This document shows positions 40,797 to 50,189 of a DNA stretch of 64,000 nucleotides, piece by piece. The stretch's first letter is position 1. The number at the start of each line of letters is the position of its first letter. Source of the DNA: Pseudomonas phage BRkr; the sequence record LC765218.1; one strand, given 5' to 3'. Made by a program: the position numbers and the translations under genes. The notes beneath the pieces were generated by a model. The model saw nothing but the letters and a program-made list of their open reading frames with translations, had not been told where the DNA came from and did not search any database.

Positions 40797-42947
40797 ATGA
40801 ACCAGTGCAGTATGCCTAACCCGTTCATTCTCCCGGTCGATGAATATGCCCGTGACTTGAACATCATTGAAGGATACCTCAATGATCAGGCTCTTTATAT
40901 CTCGGCAATGACGGGAGATGATTTTGAAACCTGTCTGGAGTTTGTAAAAGAACAATCTCGTCCTCAAGGTCAATTTGCCTTGAATAATCCAAAAACCCTG
41001 GTGGTTGATAAAAACCCCCATGGTGACCGTAGTCTTAAAGAAACCACTTTTATGGGTTTTCTTGGACGCGTAAAAAAACAGAATCTTTTGCTGTCGCCGA
41101 GTATGACTGTGTATCTCCCAGAATCACAGCGACAGTCTACACACTCGCAGTATATTGCTGAAGGTGTTGCTAACCGTAAACGTGTAAAGAAAGAACAAAT
41201 GCGGCTGGAAGGTGAAGGTACTCCTGAAGCAGCAGAACTTGCCCAGGTTCGTAAAGGCGAACAAGAGAACTTCAAAATTAACAATAACTCCTATAGTGGA
41301 GCAACCGTATCAGCTGCAACAATTCTGTATTACAAGTCGACTCACTCCAGTTTGACATCGACCTGCCGTACAGCAACCTCGTATGCTAACGCTAACAACG
41401 AGAAGTTCATCACCGGTAACCGTCACTATTATAGTCCGGAAATCACCAAGGCTAATCTTCTGTCGATTGCTAACAACACCGACATGAAGAAGCTGAAAGA
41501 TTGCATCGAACATTTCAACATGCACTATCCGACTCCGGAAGAAGTGGTTGAGATGGTTCTGTATTCGACTGCGCACTATTGGCAGAACCGTGACTACACC
41601 GAACAGATTCGGATGTTGGTTACTGGCTTCACACCACTACAACGTGCTGCTGTTATGTACGTAGGTGATCTGTATCATACTTACAAACATAACAAAACTT
41701 TGATTCGCGGTTTCCTGACTGAGCTTGCTAAAGTAGGTACCGATGAACAAAAGGTTACCAAAGAAGTTTACAACACTTACGATGGTGACCTCCAACTGTT
41801 GGCTAACTTCATCTGCTTTGACTTGGTTAAAGGTCGTAACTACGACAAGCTGAGTAAAGAGTCTCCTGAAGTATTCGACAAGATCTATGCAACAGGTAAG
41901 AACATCTCTGATACGCTGTGGAAATACAAGCGTCTTATTGATGCACTATTGCTGACCAAGAACGTTCCTTCCAGCATTCATGCTTTCCCAACTGCTTATC
42001 GTCGTGCAGCTGTTATTTCCGATACAGACTCGACCATGTTCACGATGCAGTATTGGGTAGAAGAGTTCTTTGGTAAGATCACTTTCACTGACGAAGCCAA
42101 GCGTCTAGTGTTTGCGTTGGTATTCTTGGTGTCGTGTGTTGTAGCACACATTCTAGCGATTCAATCGGCTAACATGGGCGTATCGAAAGAGAAGCTCCGC
42201 CTGCTCGCTATGAAGAACGAATATTACTTCGCGGTACTTTCCCTGACCACACGTTCAAAACACTATTACGCGTCTCAAGATGCACAAGAGGGTGTTATGT
42301 TTGCTAAAGCACGTATGGAAGTTAAAGGTGTCGGCCTTCGAGATTCTAAAGTTCCACCGAAGATTAACAAGACCGCTAAGCGAATGATGGATGATATTAT
42401 TAAATCCATTAAAGCTGAAACACCTTTAGATCTACCAGCAATGTTGAAAGAAGTAGCAGATCTGGAAAGAGACATTATCGCATCTGTACGTTCTGGTAAA
42501 GCTGAATATCTTACCACTGGTAAGTGTAAGAAAATAGATGCATACAAATCTGAAGATAATGCCACTTATGCCAAACATACTTTCTGGAAAGAAGTATGCA
42601 GTCCATCCTTTGGTGAGATTGAAGAACCACCTTATAGTTTCGTAAAGATTTCTGTAACGGTGGACAACAGAACCCGTTTTAACGAATGGGTTGAATCCAT
42701 CGAAGATAAAGGCTTGGCCATGCGTCTAAAACGCTGGGCTATGGAAAATAAGAAGACTGGTATTACCAACTTCCATGTTCCAATGTCTGTTGTAGAAAAC
42801 CGTGGTATCCCAGATGAGATCACACGTGTAGCGGATGTTCGTACGATCATCTCCAACACGATGGGTGTCTTCTATCTGATCTTTGAATCTTTGGGTATCT
42901 TCCTGATCGATAAAGGTAACACTCGTTTGATTTCCGATTTCTATTAA
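40797..42947 (+). CDS. large hypothetical protein (716 aa) with polymerase-like motifs (NSYSG and VISDTDS)
   Basis: KINNNSYSGA resembles family-B motif B (K-x3-NS-x-YG). AAVISDTDSTMF resembles motif C (YGDTDS). The order is consistent with a divergent or split DNA-polymerase palm. This is tentative, and no motif A was seen. Confidence 0.55.
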   Translation: MNQCSMPNPFILPVDEYARDLNIIEGYLNDQALYISAMTGDDFETCLEFVKEQSRPQGQFALNNPKTLVVDKNPHGDRSLKETTFMGFLGRVKKQNLLLSPSMTVYLPESQRQSTHSQYIAEGVANRKRVKKEQMRLEGEGTPEAAELAQVRKGEQENFKINNNSYSGATVSAATILYYKSTHSSLTSTCRTATSYANANNEKFITGNRHYYSPEITKANLLSIANNTDMKKLKDCIEHFNMHYPTPEEVVEMVLYSTAHYWQNRDYTEQIRMLVTGFTPLQRAAVMYVGDLYHTYKHNKTLIRGFLTELAKVGTDEQKVTKEVYNTYDGDLQLLANFICFDLVKGRNYDKLSKESPEVFDKIYATGKNISDTLWKYKRLIDALLLTKNVPSSIHAFPTAYRRAAVISDTDSTMFTMQYWVEEFFGKITFTDEAKRLVFALVFLVSCVVAHILAIQSANMGVSKEKLRLLAMKNEYYFAVLSLTTRSKHYYASQDAQEGVMFAKARMEVKGVGLRDSKVPPKINKTAKRMMDDIIKSIKAETPLDLPAMLKEVADLERDIIASVRSGKAEYLTTGKCKKIDAYKSEDNATYAKHTFWKEVCSPSFGEIEEPPYSFVKISVTVDNRTRFNEWVESIEDKGLAMRLKRWAMENKKTGITNFHVPMSVVENRGIPDEITRVADVRTIISNTMGVFYLIFESLGIFLIDKGNTRLISDFY

Positions 42948-42957
42948 GAGGTGAATA

Positions 42958-43122
42958 ATGAGCGATCCTGAATTGAAAATGATCTATGAACGTATGCGTA
43001 AATTCACGTTTAATAAAGATGTGGTTATCGTTACAGCCAAGCAACCATGTAACGACCGCATAGTCCGTAGTGGTATTGAGTTCAAGGGACCGATCATTAT
43101 TGATTACATCGGAAAACTTTAA
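42958..43122 (+). CDS. hypothetical small protein (54 aa)
   Basis: GAGGTG Shine-Dalgarno 7 nt upstream. Ends just before a terminator hairpin. Under 60 aa, so it is absent from the track. Confidence 0.35.
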   Translation: MSDPELKMIYERMRKFTFNKDVVIVTAKQPCNDRIVRSGIEFKGPIIIDYIGKL

Positions 43123-43125
43123 ACC

Positions 43126-43155
43126 AGAGGAGTCCTTCGGGACTCCTTTATGTCG
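43126..43155 (+). terminator. intrinsic terminator
   Basis: GGAGTCC-TTCG-GGACTCC then TTTATGTCG. Confidence 0.55.
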
Positions 43156-43176
43156 TAAATCCACAGATGAGAAAAT

Positions 43177-44346
43177 ATGATGTATAATTCCAATCCAACG
43201 CAAAATAAAGAAGTTGTATCTTTTCCTTTCGGTACTTACAATGTACTGGATGGTAATCTATGTGGTGAGATTGCTCAACCTGGAGCTAGCCGTTTCGCAA
43301 AGATCTGTACACTTGGCTTAGACTACCCCTATATGGAACAAGCATTACTGTTGGATTACAACATGTACTGCCATTTTGATGTTGCTCTACGTCAGGCATT
43401 CGCTCCGGAAGGCAAACTGATTACAGATTCTTACTCGGGTTATACACTTGCAGGATATCTACCGGATGAACTCCAAGAATTAGATGATCTTATCGCTAAC
43501 TTCATGAAAGAACATGAAGAACTCTCTAAGGATCAACTAGAAACTCTTTGGGCTGGTATGACCCTGGTTCGTCGTAGCTGGGTATTGCATGGTACAAGAT
43601 CGACAACTTCGCAAAGCCAAAGACTATGGACCCAGTACAATAACCTGATCAGCAAAAACGGTGAACTACCTGGTACACGACATGAGGTACTTATGAAAAA
43701 GATACCCACCTACGATACCGAATGTAATGAAATGCCAAAGTTCGATGGTATCGTTACTCCTCCTGAATGGTTGAGTATAAACGACGTTTTCACCAAGGGT
43801 TTCAAACCGGGCGAACTCCAAATCATTTCCTCTCCTGTATTGGACGACATTCCCAAAACGAATAGCCGTCTCTACATGTACAATAAACTTCGTGAACTAG
43901 GACATAACAACATCATGTTGGAATCTACTGATACTGAATCTGAAATGTCTACTGACCTTCTGGAACAACACCTGAGCAAAATGGAAACTGTTGAAGCTGA
44001 GCCGACCGAAATCGATTCGATCGAATCCCGCATGCGCACCCGCCGTAAGAAAAAGAAAGGTGCCAAGCGTTCCAAGCATATCACCAACTGTAAGTCCGGT
44101 ATGGTGAAAGCTTTGATGGGTGGATCTATTTTGGCTAAGCTGAGTCAGATTCAAACTCAGACCCAAGATGGTATTAAACGTGAGATCCTCAAGAACCATA
44201 CCTTGAGTTCTTTCGTTGAAACTGTTTCCGGCGAGGCTATCCCTGAGTATCAGAAACGTCTCCTGGATAAGTTCCAAGAGCGTGCTGATAGTAAACCCCT
44301 GAAACCTGTTGAGGAAGTCTCTGTACAGGACGGTGAACAGGTTTAA
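43177..44346 (+). CDS. hypothetical protein (389 aa) with basic patch RTRRKKKKGAKRSKH
   Basis: Complete ORF with a lysine/arginine cluster that looks nucleic-acid-binding or like a targeting signal. Confidence 0.5.
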   Translation: MMYNSNPTQNKEVVSFPFGTYNVLDGNLCGEIAQPGASRFAKICTLGLDYPYMEQALLLDYNMYCHFDVALRQAFAPEGKLITDSYSGYTLAGYLPDELQELDDLIANFMKEHEELSKDQLETLWAGMTLVRRSWVLHGTRSTTSQSQRLWTQYNNLISKNGELPGTRHEVLMKKIPTYDTECNEMPKFDGIVTPPEWLSINDVFTKGFKPGELQIISSPVLDDIPKTNSRLYMYNKLRELGHNNIMLESTDTESEMSTDLLEQHLSKMETVEAEPTEIDSIESRMRTRRKKKKGAKRSKHITNCKSGMVKALMGGSILAKLSQIQTQTQDGIKREILKNHTLSSFVETVSGEAIPEYQKRLLDKFQERADSKPLKPVEEVSVQDGEQV

Positions 44347-44352
44347 CTTAAA

Positions 44353-44378
44353 CGCCCAGCTTAAGCTGGGCTTTATGT
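44353..44378 (+). terminator. intrinsic terminator
   Basis: CCCAGC-TTAA-GCTGGG then CTTTATGTCG. Confidence 0.5.
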
Positions 44379-44388
44379 CGAGGTTAAT

Positions 44389-44811
44389 ATGATCCATAAC
44401 CCAAAAGTTCATGGTCCACTACTCAGGGTTAAGAGTCATTACAATTTATCTTCTAATGACTTCGTTGTGACTGGTATGGCTGCACTAGCTGTATCAGTTA
44501 GACGGCAGATCGACCCACAACACATCTCTATTTCGATAAAGAAAGATGTATGGGATAAGCTGATCGCTAAGTACCCTAACCTAAAAGCCGAAACTGTAAA
44601 GAACAGTATTCGTAATCAGCGTTACATTCGTTTGTTGTCGGATGTATATGCTGAGTGTGAAGACGTTCCATCTAAAGATATCAATTGGTATTCTGGTTAT
44701 CAGTTCCTCAAGGCTAATGTACTGAAGAAAGAACTGATCGGTCTTCGCGCTGAGGCAACTAAGAAGAAGAATCAAGAGTTCTACGATAAACTCTTGGAAC
44801 AATTCAAATAA
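44389..44811 (+). CDS. hypothetical protein (140 aa)
   Basis: Complete ORF. Confidence 0.5.
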   Translation: MIHNPKVHGPLLRVKSHYNLSSNDFVVTGMAALAVSVRRQIDPQHISISIKKDVWDKLIAKYPNLKAETVKNSIRNQRYIRLLSDVYAECEDVPSKDINWYSGYQFLKANVLKKELIGLRAEATKKKNQEFYDKLLEQFK

Positions 44812-44812
44812 C

Positions 44813-44860
44813 GACATAAAGCCCCTACCTTCGGGTAGGGGCTGTTTATTATGTTTTTTT
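44813..44860. terminator. bidirectional intrinsic terminator (same stem as at 34047)
   Basis: GCCCCTACC-TTCG-GGTAGGGGC flanked by CATAAAG and TGTTTATTATGTTTTTTT, between convergent ends at 44811 and 44849. Confidence 0.6.
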
Positions 44861-45934
44861 CATTTCTTCAATTAGGATAGCTACATCACGACGTAGCGCT
44901 TTAACCATTTCGGTATTACCAGCGGTTTTGAAGACTTGGTCGTTGGTAGCGTCAATCAGATCGATTAATACTTCGTTCATCTGGGAACGGTCGTAACCTG
45001 GGTTCTTCTTAAGCATGGTTACTAGATACTTAATGTACGGTAGACGTGCTAAAGTGTAAGCCCATTCGTTTTGATACGTGATAGGTTCCCGAGGAATCTC
45101 CATAACTTCGAAAAGATTAGTCTTAACAATAGCAGGAGTAATCCAAGCTAGACCTTCCAGCTCTATGCCTTTAATAGAGTTCTCAAAGTTTACATTCTCT
45201 ACGAGCTTATCAACCCGTGGAGTCATATCGGTTAGATAGAAAGGATGAGATACAGGGAAATTCAAACATTTGATACCCTGTGCTTGTCGAGATAACCTAT
45301 TGAAGTAAGCAACATCTAAATAGCTCTCTACCATGTTGGGGAGGACGATACTCCCAACGAAGCGATAGGCATTCTCTAGTTGTTCTACACCACGTTGTTG
45401 TTGCCAACGTAACCAATAGCGATATTGAACTAACAGCATTGGAATGTTAACTGTGATAACACCGTAACCTTTACCAGCTGTAGTATTATTCATCATTGGA
45501 AGATTCACGTCTGTCCGGGTATGATAAAGATATTTAACTGGAGTCAGATCTCTCCAGCGCTTTCCGAGACCCTCCTTCTCGAACTTCTCATAACTGGCTA
45601 TAGCGACTTCTTCACAGTTGGGACCTAGTGTAATCCCCTTCTCATGAATCTTCCCTCTATTAATAGCTGAGGTAAGACCAAATACGCGTGATAAACCTTT
45701 AGCCTGATCTTCAACCTTCTTTGCCCAAGCGGCATCATCAATCTTCCAGTCGATGATAAAATGTTGAATCATGTTGGCGAAAATATTAGCCGAGCCAACC
45801 GCTTTGGGGGCTCGACGGTAATACGTTTTTACATCATTGATCAGTTCCCGATACGTCCTACGGAGATAGACGATCTTTGGGTCAACTGCTTGCCCTAAGC
45901 GCCGCGCTGGGGCGTCCCGGAATAGCATGTACAT
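44849..45934 (-). CDS. hypothetical protein (361 aa)
   Basis: Complete ORF. A lone minus-strand gene. Confidence 0.55.
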   Translation of the reverse strand: MYMLFRDAPARRLGQAVDPKIVYLRRTYRELINDVKTYYRRAPKAVGSANIFANMIQHFIIDWKIDDAAWAKKVEDQAKGLSRVFGLTSAINRGKIHEKGITLGPNCEEVAIASYEKFEKEGLGKRWRDLTPVKYLYHTRTDVNLPMMNNTTAGKGYGVITVNIPMLLVQYRYWLRWQQQRGVEQLENAYRFVGSIVLPNMVESYLDVAYFNRLSRQAQGIKCLNFPVSHPFYLTDMTPRVDKLVENVNFENSIKGIELEGLAWITPAIVKTNLFEVMEIPREPITYQNEWAYTLARLPYIKYLVTMLKKNPGYDRSQMNEVLIDLIDATNDQVFKTAGNTEMVKALRRDVAILIEEMKKT

Positions 45935-45950
45935 GGTTTTCGTCCATTAG

Positions 45951-45973
45951 AAATTATTTCAAATCTATATCAT
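45951..45973 (+). promoter_or_regulatory. early-promoter-like element AAATTATTTCAAATCTATATCAT
   Basis: TTTCAAATCTATAT subclass, 43 nt upstream of the ATG at 46016. Confidence 0.45.
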
Positions 45974-46015
45974 AGTTTTGATATATTCACCCTAATCAAA
46001 GAAAAGGAAATTGTA

Positions 46016-47641
46016 ATGATAAATAAAGCATTGAACAGCACGTCTTCTTATAAACTTGCTGTTGTCAATAATTCGCTCAGACGTTTCTTCGAGGAAACGA
46101 TGGGTCGAATTAACACGGATCTTTTCGTGATACATAACCCGAAATTTGTTAAAGCCATGTTCGATGAGATTTTGAAAACCCTTCCGGATTTTCATGCACC
46201 CACGGACGTTATTAATAATCACATCCGTATTCAGTTCCTTAATACTGTTTCTGATCGCGTTAAAGCGATGTCTGAAAATTTCAGTATATTTAAAGAAACA
46301 TATCAGAAAAGTAATACTGGTATTCTTTTTGAAGACTGGTATTACGAGAGACAACGCGAAGGTATCATGTTGGCTCAGTCCGGTAAATACGACGAACTTA
46401 TTGACAAAGTGGAGAATAGTGAGATGCAATCCAAAGACAAGAATATTGACATTAATCTTGCCGAAGCCATTACTGACTTCATCGCCAGCGTTATACCTAC
46501 AGAACATCGCATGGATTTCATTGGGTACAACGGCAAGTTCGTTAAAGAACTGGCAGTTAAAGTAGCTATTGATCTGGATATTCGAAACCTGCCTTCGGAC
46601 AAGATCCCAACTGTTGGGGAAGTACTGAACTTCCTTAATTCCAATTATAGCAAAGCTCTCGATGAACGAGCTATCGTTTATGGGAAATATATTAACTTCT
46701 ATAAACGTTGCTGTGAAGCCGGCCAGATGAATGGGATGCTGTTTGAAGATTGGTTGATCTCTACTGGTCGAATGGAGAAAAAGGAAATCAAACACGATAA
46801 CCCGTACATCGTTGGTCAGTATACTTCGAAAGGTCCGATTAGTTACGCGCCCTCCCAGAAAACGAACCAACTCGGTGATGATTTCATTGCTGAAACTCGC
46901 CTTCGTTCCGTGCCTTCTATTTTCCGTGGTGGTAATCGGATCAATACTGGGTTCGAACATGAAACAGTGAAAAGTTCGTCATACCTGCAAAACCCAGGTC
47001 TCACTGATCTCTACTATGCAGAGAGTGATAATAACGATAATGACAAACATGTAGAAGAGAATACGCATACACTTGATCGGATCTCTACTGCTTTCACGAG
47101 TGGTAAACTTTCCCCAGAGGAAGAAGCGCGTGCTGCTATCCATCGTGAATTTTCTGGTCCTTCTATTGCACAACTTCTTGTTGAAGAGGCTCAGCGTATT
47201 AGTGAAACCGCAAATAAAATTAATAAGGAAGGAGGCAATGTAAAATCGATGAAGATTGCGGCACTTTCGGCAGATAGTATTCGCCGGGGTGAGTATTTCC
47301 GTTCTCCGCTGACTATTGTTTTCTCTTCTATCAAAGATAAGAAGGAACGAGACTGGGTATTCTCTATCGTCAAGGCGCATGTTCGGGATTGTGTTAAAAA
47401 CAACACCATCGATCCAGTGACGGCCATTCAAGGTCTTCGCAATTTGCATTCTTCCTTTATTGAAGATGACAATCGTTTTGATGACACGATGCTCACTCAC
47501 ATGAAAGAGTATTCTTCGGCGATTGCGCAATACGCTGATCAACTCAGTAAAGTTGTGAACATTAAGAGTGCGAAGGAAATCTACAGTAAGTTGAAAGACC
47601 ACTTGGATGATCTTGAAGACCTCTTGTCTGACGAGAAATAA
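46016..47641 (+). CDS. hypothetical protein (541 aa)
   Basis: Complete ORF upstream of chimallin. Confidence 0.55.
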   Translation: MINKALNSTSSYKLAVVNNSLRRFFEETMGRINTDLFVIHNPKFVKAMFDEILKTLPDFHAPTDVINNHIRIQFLNTVSDRVKAMSENFSIFKETYQKSNTGILFEDWYYERQREGIMLAQSGKYDELIDKVENSEMQSKDKNIDINLAEAITDFIASVIPTEHRMDFIGYNGKFVKELAVKVAIDLDIRNLPSDKIPTVGEVLNFLNSNYSKALDERAIVYGKYINFYKRCCEAGQMNGMLFEDWLISTGRMEKKEIKHDNPYIVGQYTSKGPISYAPSQKTNQLGDDFIAETRLRSVPSIFRGGNRINTGFEHETVKSSSYLQNPGLTDLYYAESDNNDNDKHVEENTHTLDRISTAFTSGKLSPEEEARAAIHREFSGPSIAQLLVEEAQRISETANKINKEGGNVKSMKIAALSADSIRRGEYFRSPLTIVFSSIKDKKERDWVFSIVKAHVRDCVKNNTIDPVTAIQGLRNLHSSFIEDDNRFDDTMLTHMKEYSSAIAQYADQLSKVVNIKSAKEIYSKLKDHLDDLEDLLSDEK

Positions 47642-47835
47642 GAAAAGAAATACTGGGGCTAGTTATTTAATACAGGAAATGACCGTGAGGTCCTGACCTG
47701 CTATTTGAGCTATGCCCCAGATCACTGCATACTGAAGTTTGAATCTTAAGGAAACAAATATGTAATACAGTATGTGAAGACTGAATGTCCTCAAATGACC
47801 TTGCTTTTATAGCGGGTCCTCCGGTCTATATTGTA

Positions 47836-47862
47836 TTAAAAAAAATCTGAGATCTATATAAC
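47836..47862 (+). promoter_or_regulatory. early-promoter-like element AAAAAAAATCTGAGATCTATATAAC upstream of chimallin
   Basis: AGATCT subclass. The shell gene is expected to be expressed immediately on infection. Confidence 0.55.
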
Positions 47863-47931
47863 AGTTTTGAATCCAATACACTGTTGGATCTCATTCTTGA
47901 TCAAGAAACGTTACAAACATAGGAACAAATC

Positions 47932-49797
47932 ATGATTCGTGATACCGAAACTCAAAACACTCAAGCTCAAGCCAACAACGCTCCGGCTCAAGCTGCTCCG
48001 CGCGCACAACAGGAAGCTCCTCGTATGCAACAAGCTGCACCTCAAGCTCTGCAAGGCGGTATTTCCGGCCTGCCGAACATGTTTAAACGTTCCGGTCGTA
48101 CTGATGGCGGCGACGCCCGTGCGAGCGAAGCGCTGCAAGTAATGACCCGCGTTGGCAAAGATGCCATCGACCATCAAGACCTGGAAAACGATTTCCAGAT
48201 TCTGCGTTTCGACCGTGATGCCAACCGTGTTGGCTACTCCGCGCTGCTGATCGTCAAGCACGCTGCTGGTGGTAACGGTATCATCGTAGTTCGTCCGCTG
48301 ATCATGCCGAACCCGGCAATCACCCTGCCTCCGCGTCAGGTTACCATTCAGAACGGCATGAGCCACGATCGCTTCGATGTAGACGTCGAAGTACAAGACG
48401 TATTCACCGTTCAGTACTGGAACCGCATCTGCGAATTCGTTCGTCAGACCACCGGTCGTCCGAAGGCTGAAGTACACCCGGCTGGACCGCTGCCGATCCC
48501 GGCTGAATTCGATCTGAAAGACGAAGTCCTGCTGAAAGACATTCTGATCCGTTCCGTCAACCTGTGTGACGACGTTCTGGCTAAGAAAGCTGGCGAGACT
48601 CCGTTCCAGATCGCAATGCTGCGCGGCCAAGATGAAACCCTGGCTGCCAAGATGGACTTCTCCGGTCGTCCGGTAATGGACAGCGTCGGTAACCCGATCA
48701 AGTCCGACATCGTGATCAGCCTGAACCGTACCAAGAAACAAGGTCAACAAGAGAACGAGTTCTACGAAGCAGACACCATGCTTAACCAGGTGTCGGTACA
48801 AGTAACCCTGGAGTACACCCCCACTCCGCAAGCCCAGATGTTCGGTCAACAGACCCAACCGCTGCCGCCGTTCTCCCCGGCGATCCTGGTAACCGACATT
48901 CGTCAGGCCAACTGGATCAAGGCAAACACTCTGGAACTGTACCTCTTCGCTCTGTCGAACGCCTTCCGCGTAACCGCTGGCCAGGCTTGGGCTCGTAAGT
49001 TCCTGCCTCAAGTTGGTAAAGTTAAAGACCTGGGTGACATCGGTGCTCTGGGTTGGCTGTCCAACCTGGGTAAGAAGATCGATACCAAGTCCGATACCTT
49101 CACCGATCAGAACTTCGCTGATCTGATGCTGAGCATGGTTCGTCCGAACCCGTCCTTCCTGATCGATCTGGATCGCATGGGCGACAACGCAGCACTGGAC
49201 GTAATCTTCCTGGATGCCATGGGTGGCCCGAACCAACAGAAAGCTACTGCCGCGATCATTCGCGCTGTACAGAACCTGGTTGGTGGTGGCTTCGAGCGCT
49301 TCTTCGACTTCAACACTCAGCCGATCATTGCATCGACTGGCACTGAAGTGAACAAGGGCTACTACTGGGATGGCGACGAGAAACGTGACCGTCGTGACCT
49401 GGATGCACTGGGTGCACTGAACGCTGCTGAGGGCAACCAACAAGAGTGGATGTCCTGGTACGGTACTCAATGCAACCCGAACATCCATCCGGAACTGCGT
49501 AACAAGCAATCCAAGAACTACGACCGTGCGTTCCTGGGTGCTGTAACCTACACCACTCGTGCACATCGTGGTATCTTCAACCCGAAGTTCATCGAGGGTC
49601 TGGATAAGGCGATTGCTGCTGCTGGTCTGACTGTAGCAATGGACAACGTTGCACAGGTCTTCGGTGCTCAGCGCTTCGTTGGCAACACCATGATCCAAGA
49701 CTTCGCTGTCGGTTCTACCGCACAGGTTGTCAACGGCATGGGCGTTGGTGGCGGCTACCAGATGAACATGGTAGGTTCGGTTGGTACTCTGTACTAA
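47932..49797 (+). CDS. chmA: chimallin, phage-nucleus shell protein (phiKZ gp54-like)
   Basis: 621 aa. N-terminal Q/A/P-rich low-complexity region, about 45 aa, as in chimallin N-terminal segments, and a Gly-rich C-terminal tail. Immediately upstream of the beta-prime N-terminal fragment, matching phiKZ gp54/gp55 synteny. Extreme host-like codon optimisation and an early-type promoter. No direct sequence comparison was possible. Confidence 0.7.
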   Translation: MIRDTETQNTQAQANNAPAQAAPRAQQEAPRMQQAAPQALQGGISGLPNMFKRSGRTDGGDARASEALQVMTRVGKDAIDHQDLENDFQILRFDRDANRVGYSALLIVKHAAGGNGIIVVRPLIMPNPAITLPPRQVTIQNGMSHDRFDVDVEVQDVFTVQYWNRICEFVRQTTGRPKAEVHPAGPLPIPAEFDLKDEVLLKDILIRSVNLCDDVLAKKAGETPFQIAMLRGQDETLAAKMDFSGRPVMDSVGNPIKSDIVISLNRTKKQGQQENEFYEADTMLNQVSVQVTLEYTPTPQAQMFGQQTQPLPPFSPAILVTDIRQANWIKANTLELYLFALSNAFRVTAGQAWARKFLPQVGKVKDLGDIGALGWLSNLGKKIDTKSDTFTDQNFADLMLSMVRPNPSFLIDLDRMGDNAALDVIFLDAMGGPNQQKATAAIIRAVQNLVGGGFERFFDFNTQPIIASTGTEVNKGYYWDGDEKRDRRDLDALGALNAAEGNQQEWMSWYGTQCNPNIHPELRNKQSKNYDRAFLGAVTYTTRAHRGIFNPKFIEGLDKAIAAAGLTVAMDNVAQVFGAQRFVGNTMIQDFAVGSTAQVVNGMGVGGGYQMNMVGSVGTLY

Positions 49798-50128
49798 GAA
49801 ACAACTCCCCCGGTTGATAGGGGTGTCAGAAGGCTGGCATCCCGATTCAAATACTGCGACCCTGGTTCACTTCGGTGATAACGGTTAGGAGTAGGTTCCG
49901 CGAAGTAATCGACTAGTGGGCGTAAAGTCTAGGTCGACCTCTCGCTACACGGGCCGTGAGTGATCACTTAACCGAAAGGAGTTACTCTTGGGTAACGTGT
50001 GATCAAACAACGATGGATGGTAAAAGGTCCTAGTGCCAGAGTGCTACAGAGAAGAGCGGAGGTTAAGCTTTGTAGACGACGCTAGGATCGTGCCAGGCTC
50101 CGTTGGTGGTCCATCGATAGTAGATAAG

Positions 50129-50168
50129 GCGGCTCCTTCGGGAGCCGCTTCTATCTCCTTTTTTTGTC
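50129..50168 (+). terminator. intrinsic terminator
   Basis: GGCGGCTCC-TTCG-GGAGCCGC then ttctatctccTTTTTTTgtcg. It ends a roughly 370-nt untranslated tail after chimallin. Confidence 0.55.
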
Positions 50169-50189
50169 GAGACATAATAGGAAGTAGGT

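Noticed and set aside
47911-49698. 595-aa minus-strand ORF antisense to chimallin. Similar long antisense ORFs occur at 29471-30592 antisense to phuZ, 60541-61854, 62720-63706 antisense to the RNAP beta fragment, 2335-3270 inside nrdB, and 5153-6568 inside nrdA.
   Set aside because: They lie wholly inside sense genes that carry clear conserved motifs. The strong G/C-ending codon bias of the sense strand suppresses stop codons in antisense frames. They have no ribosome-binding sites.
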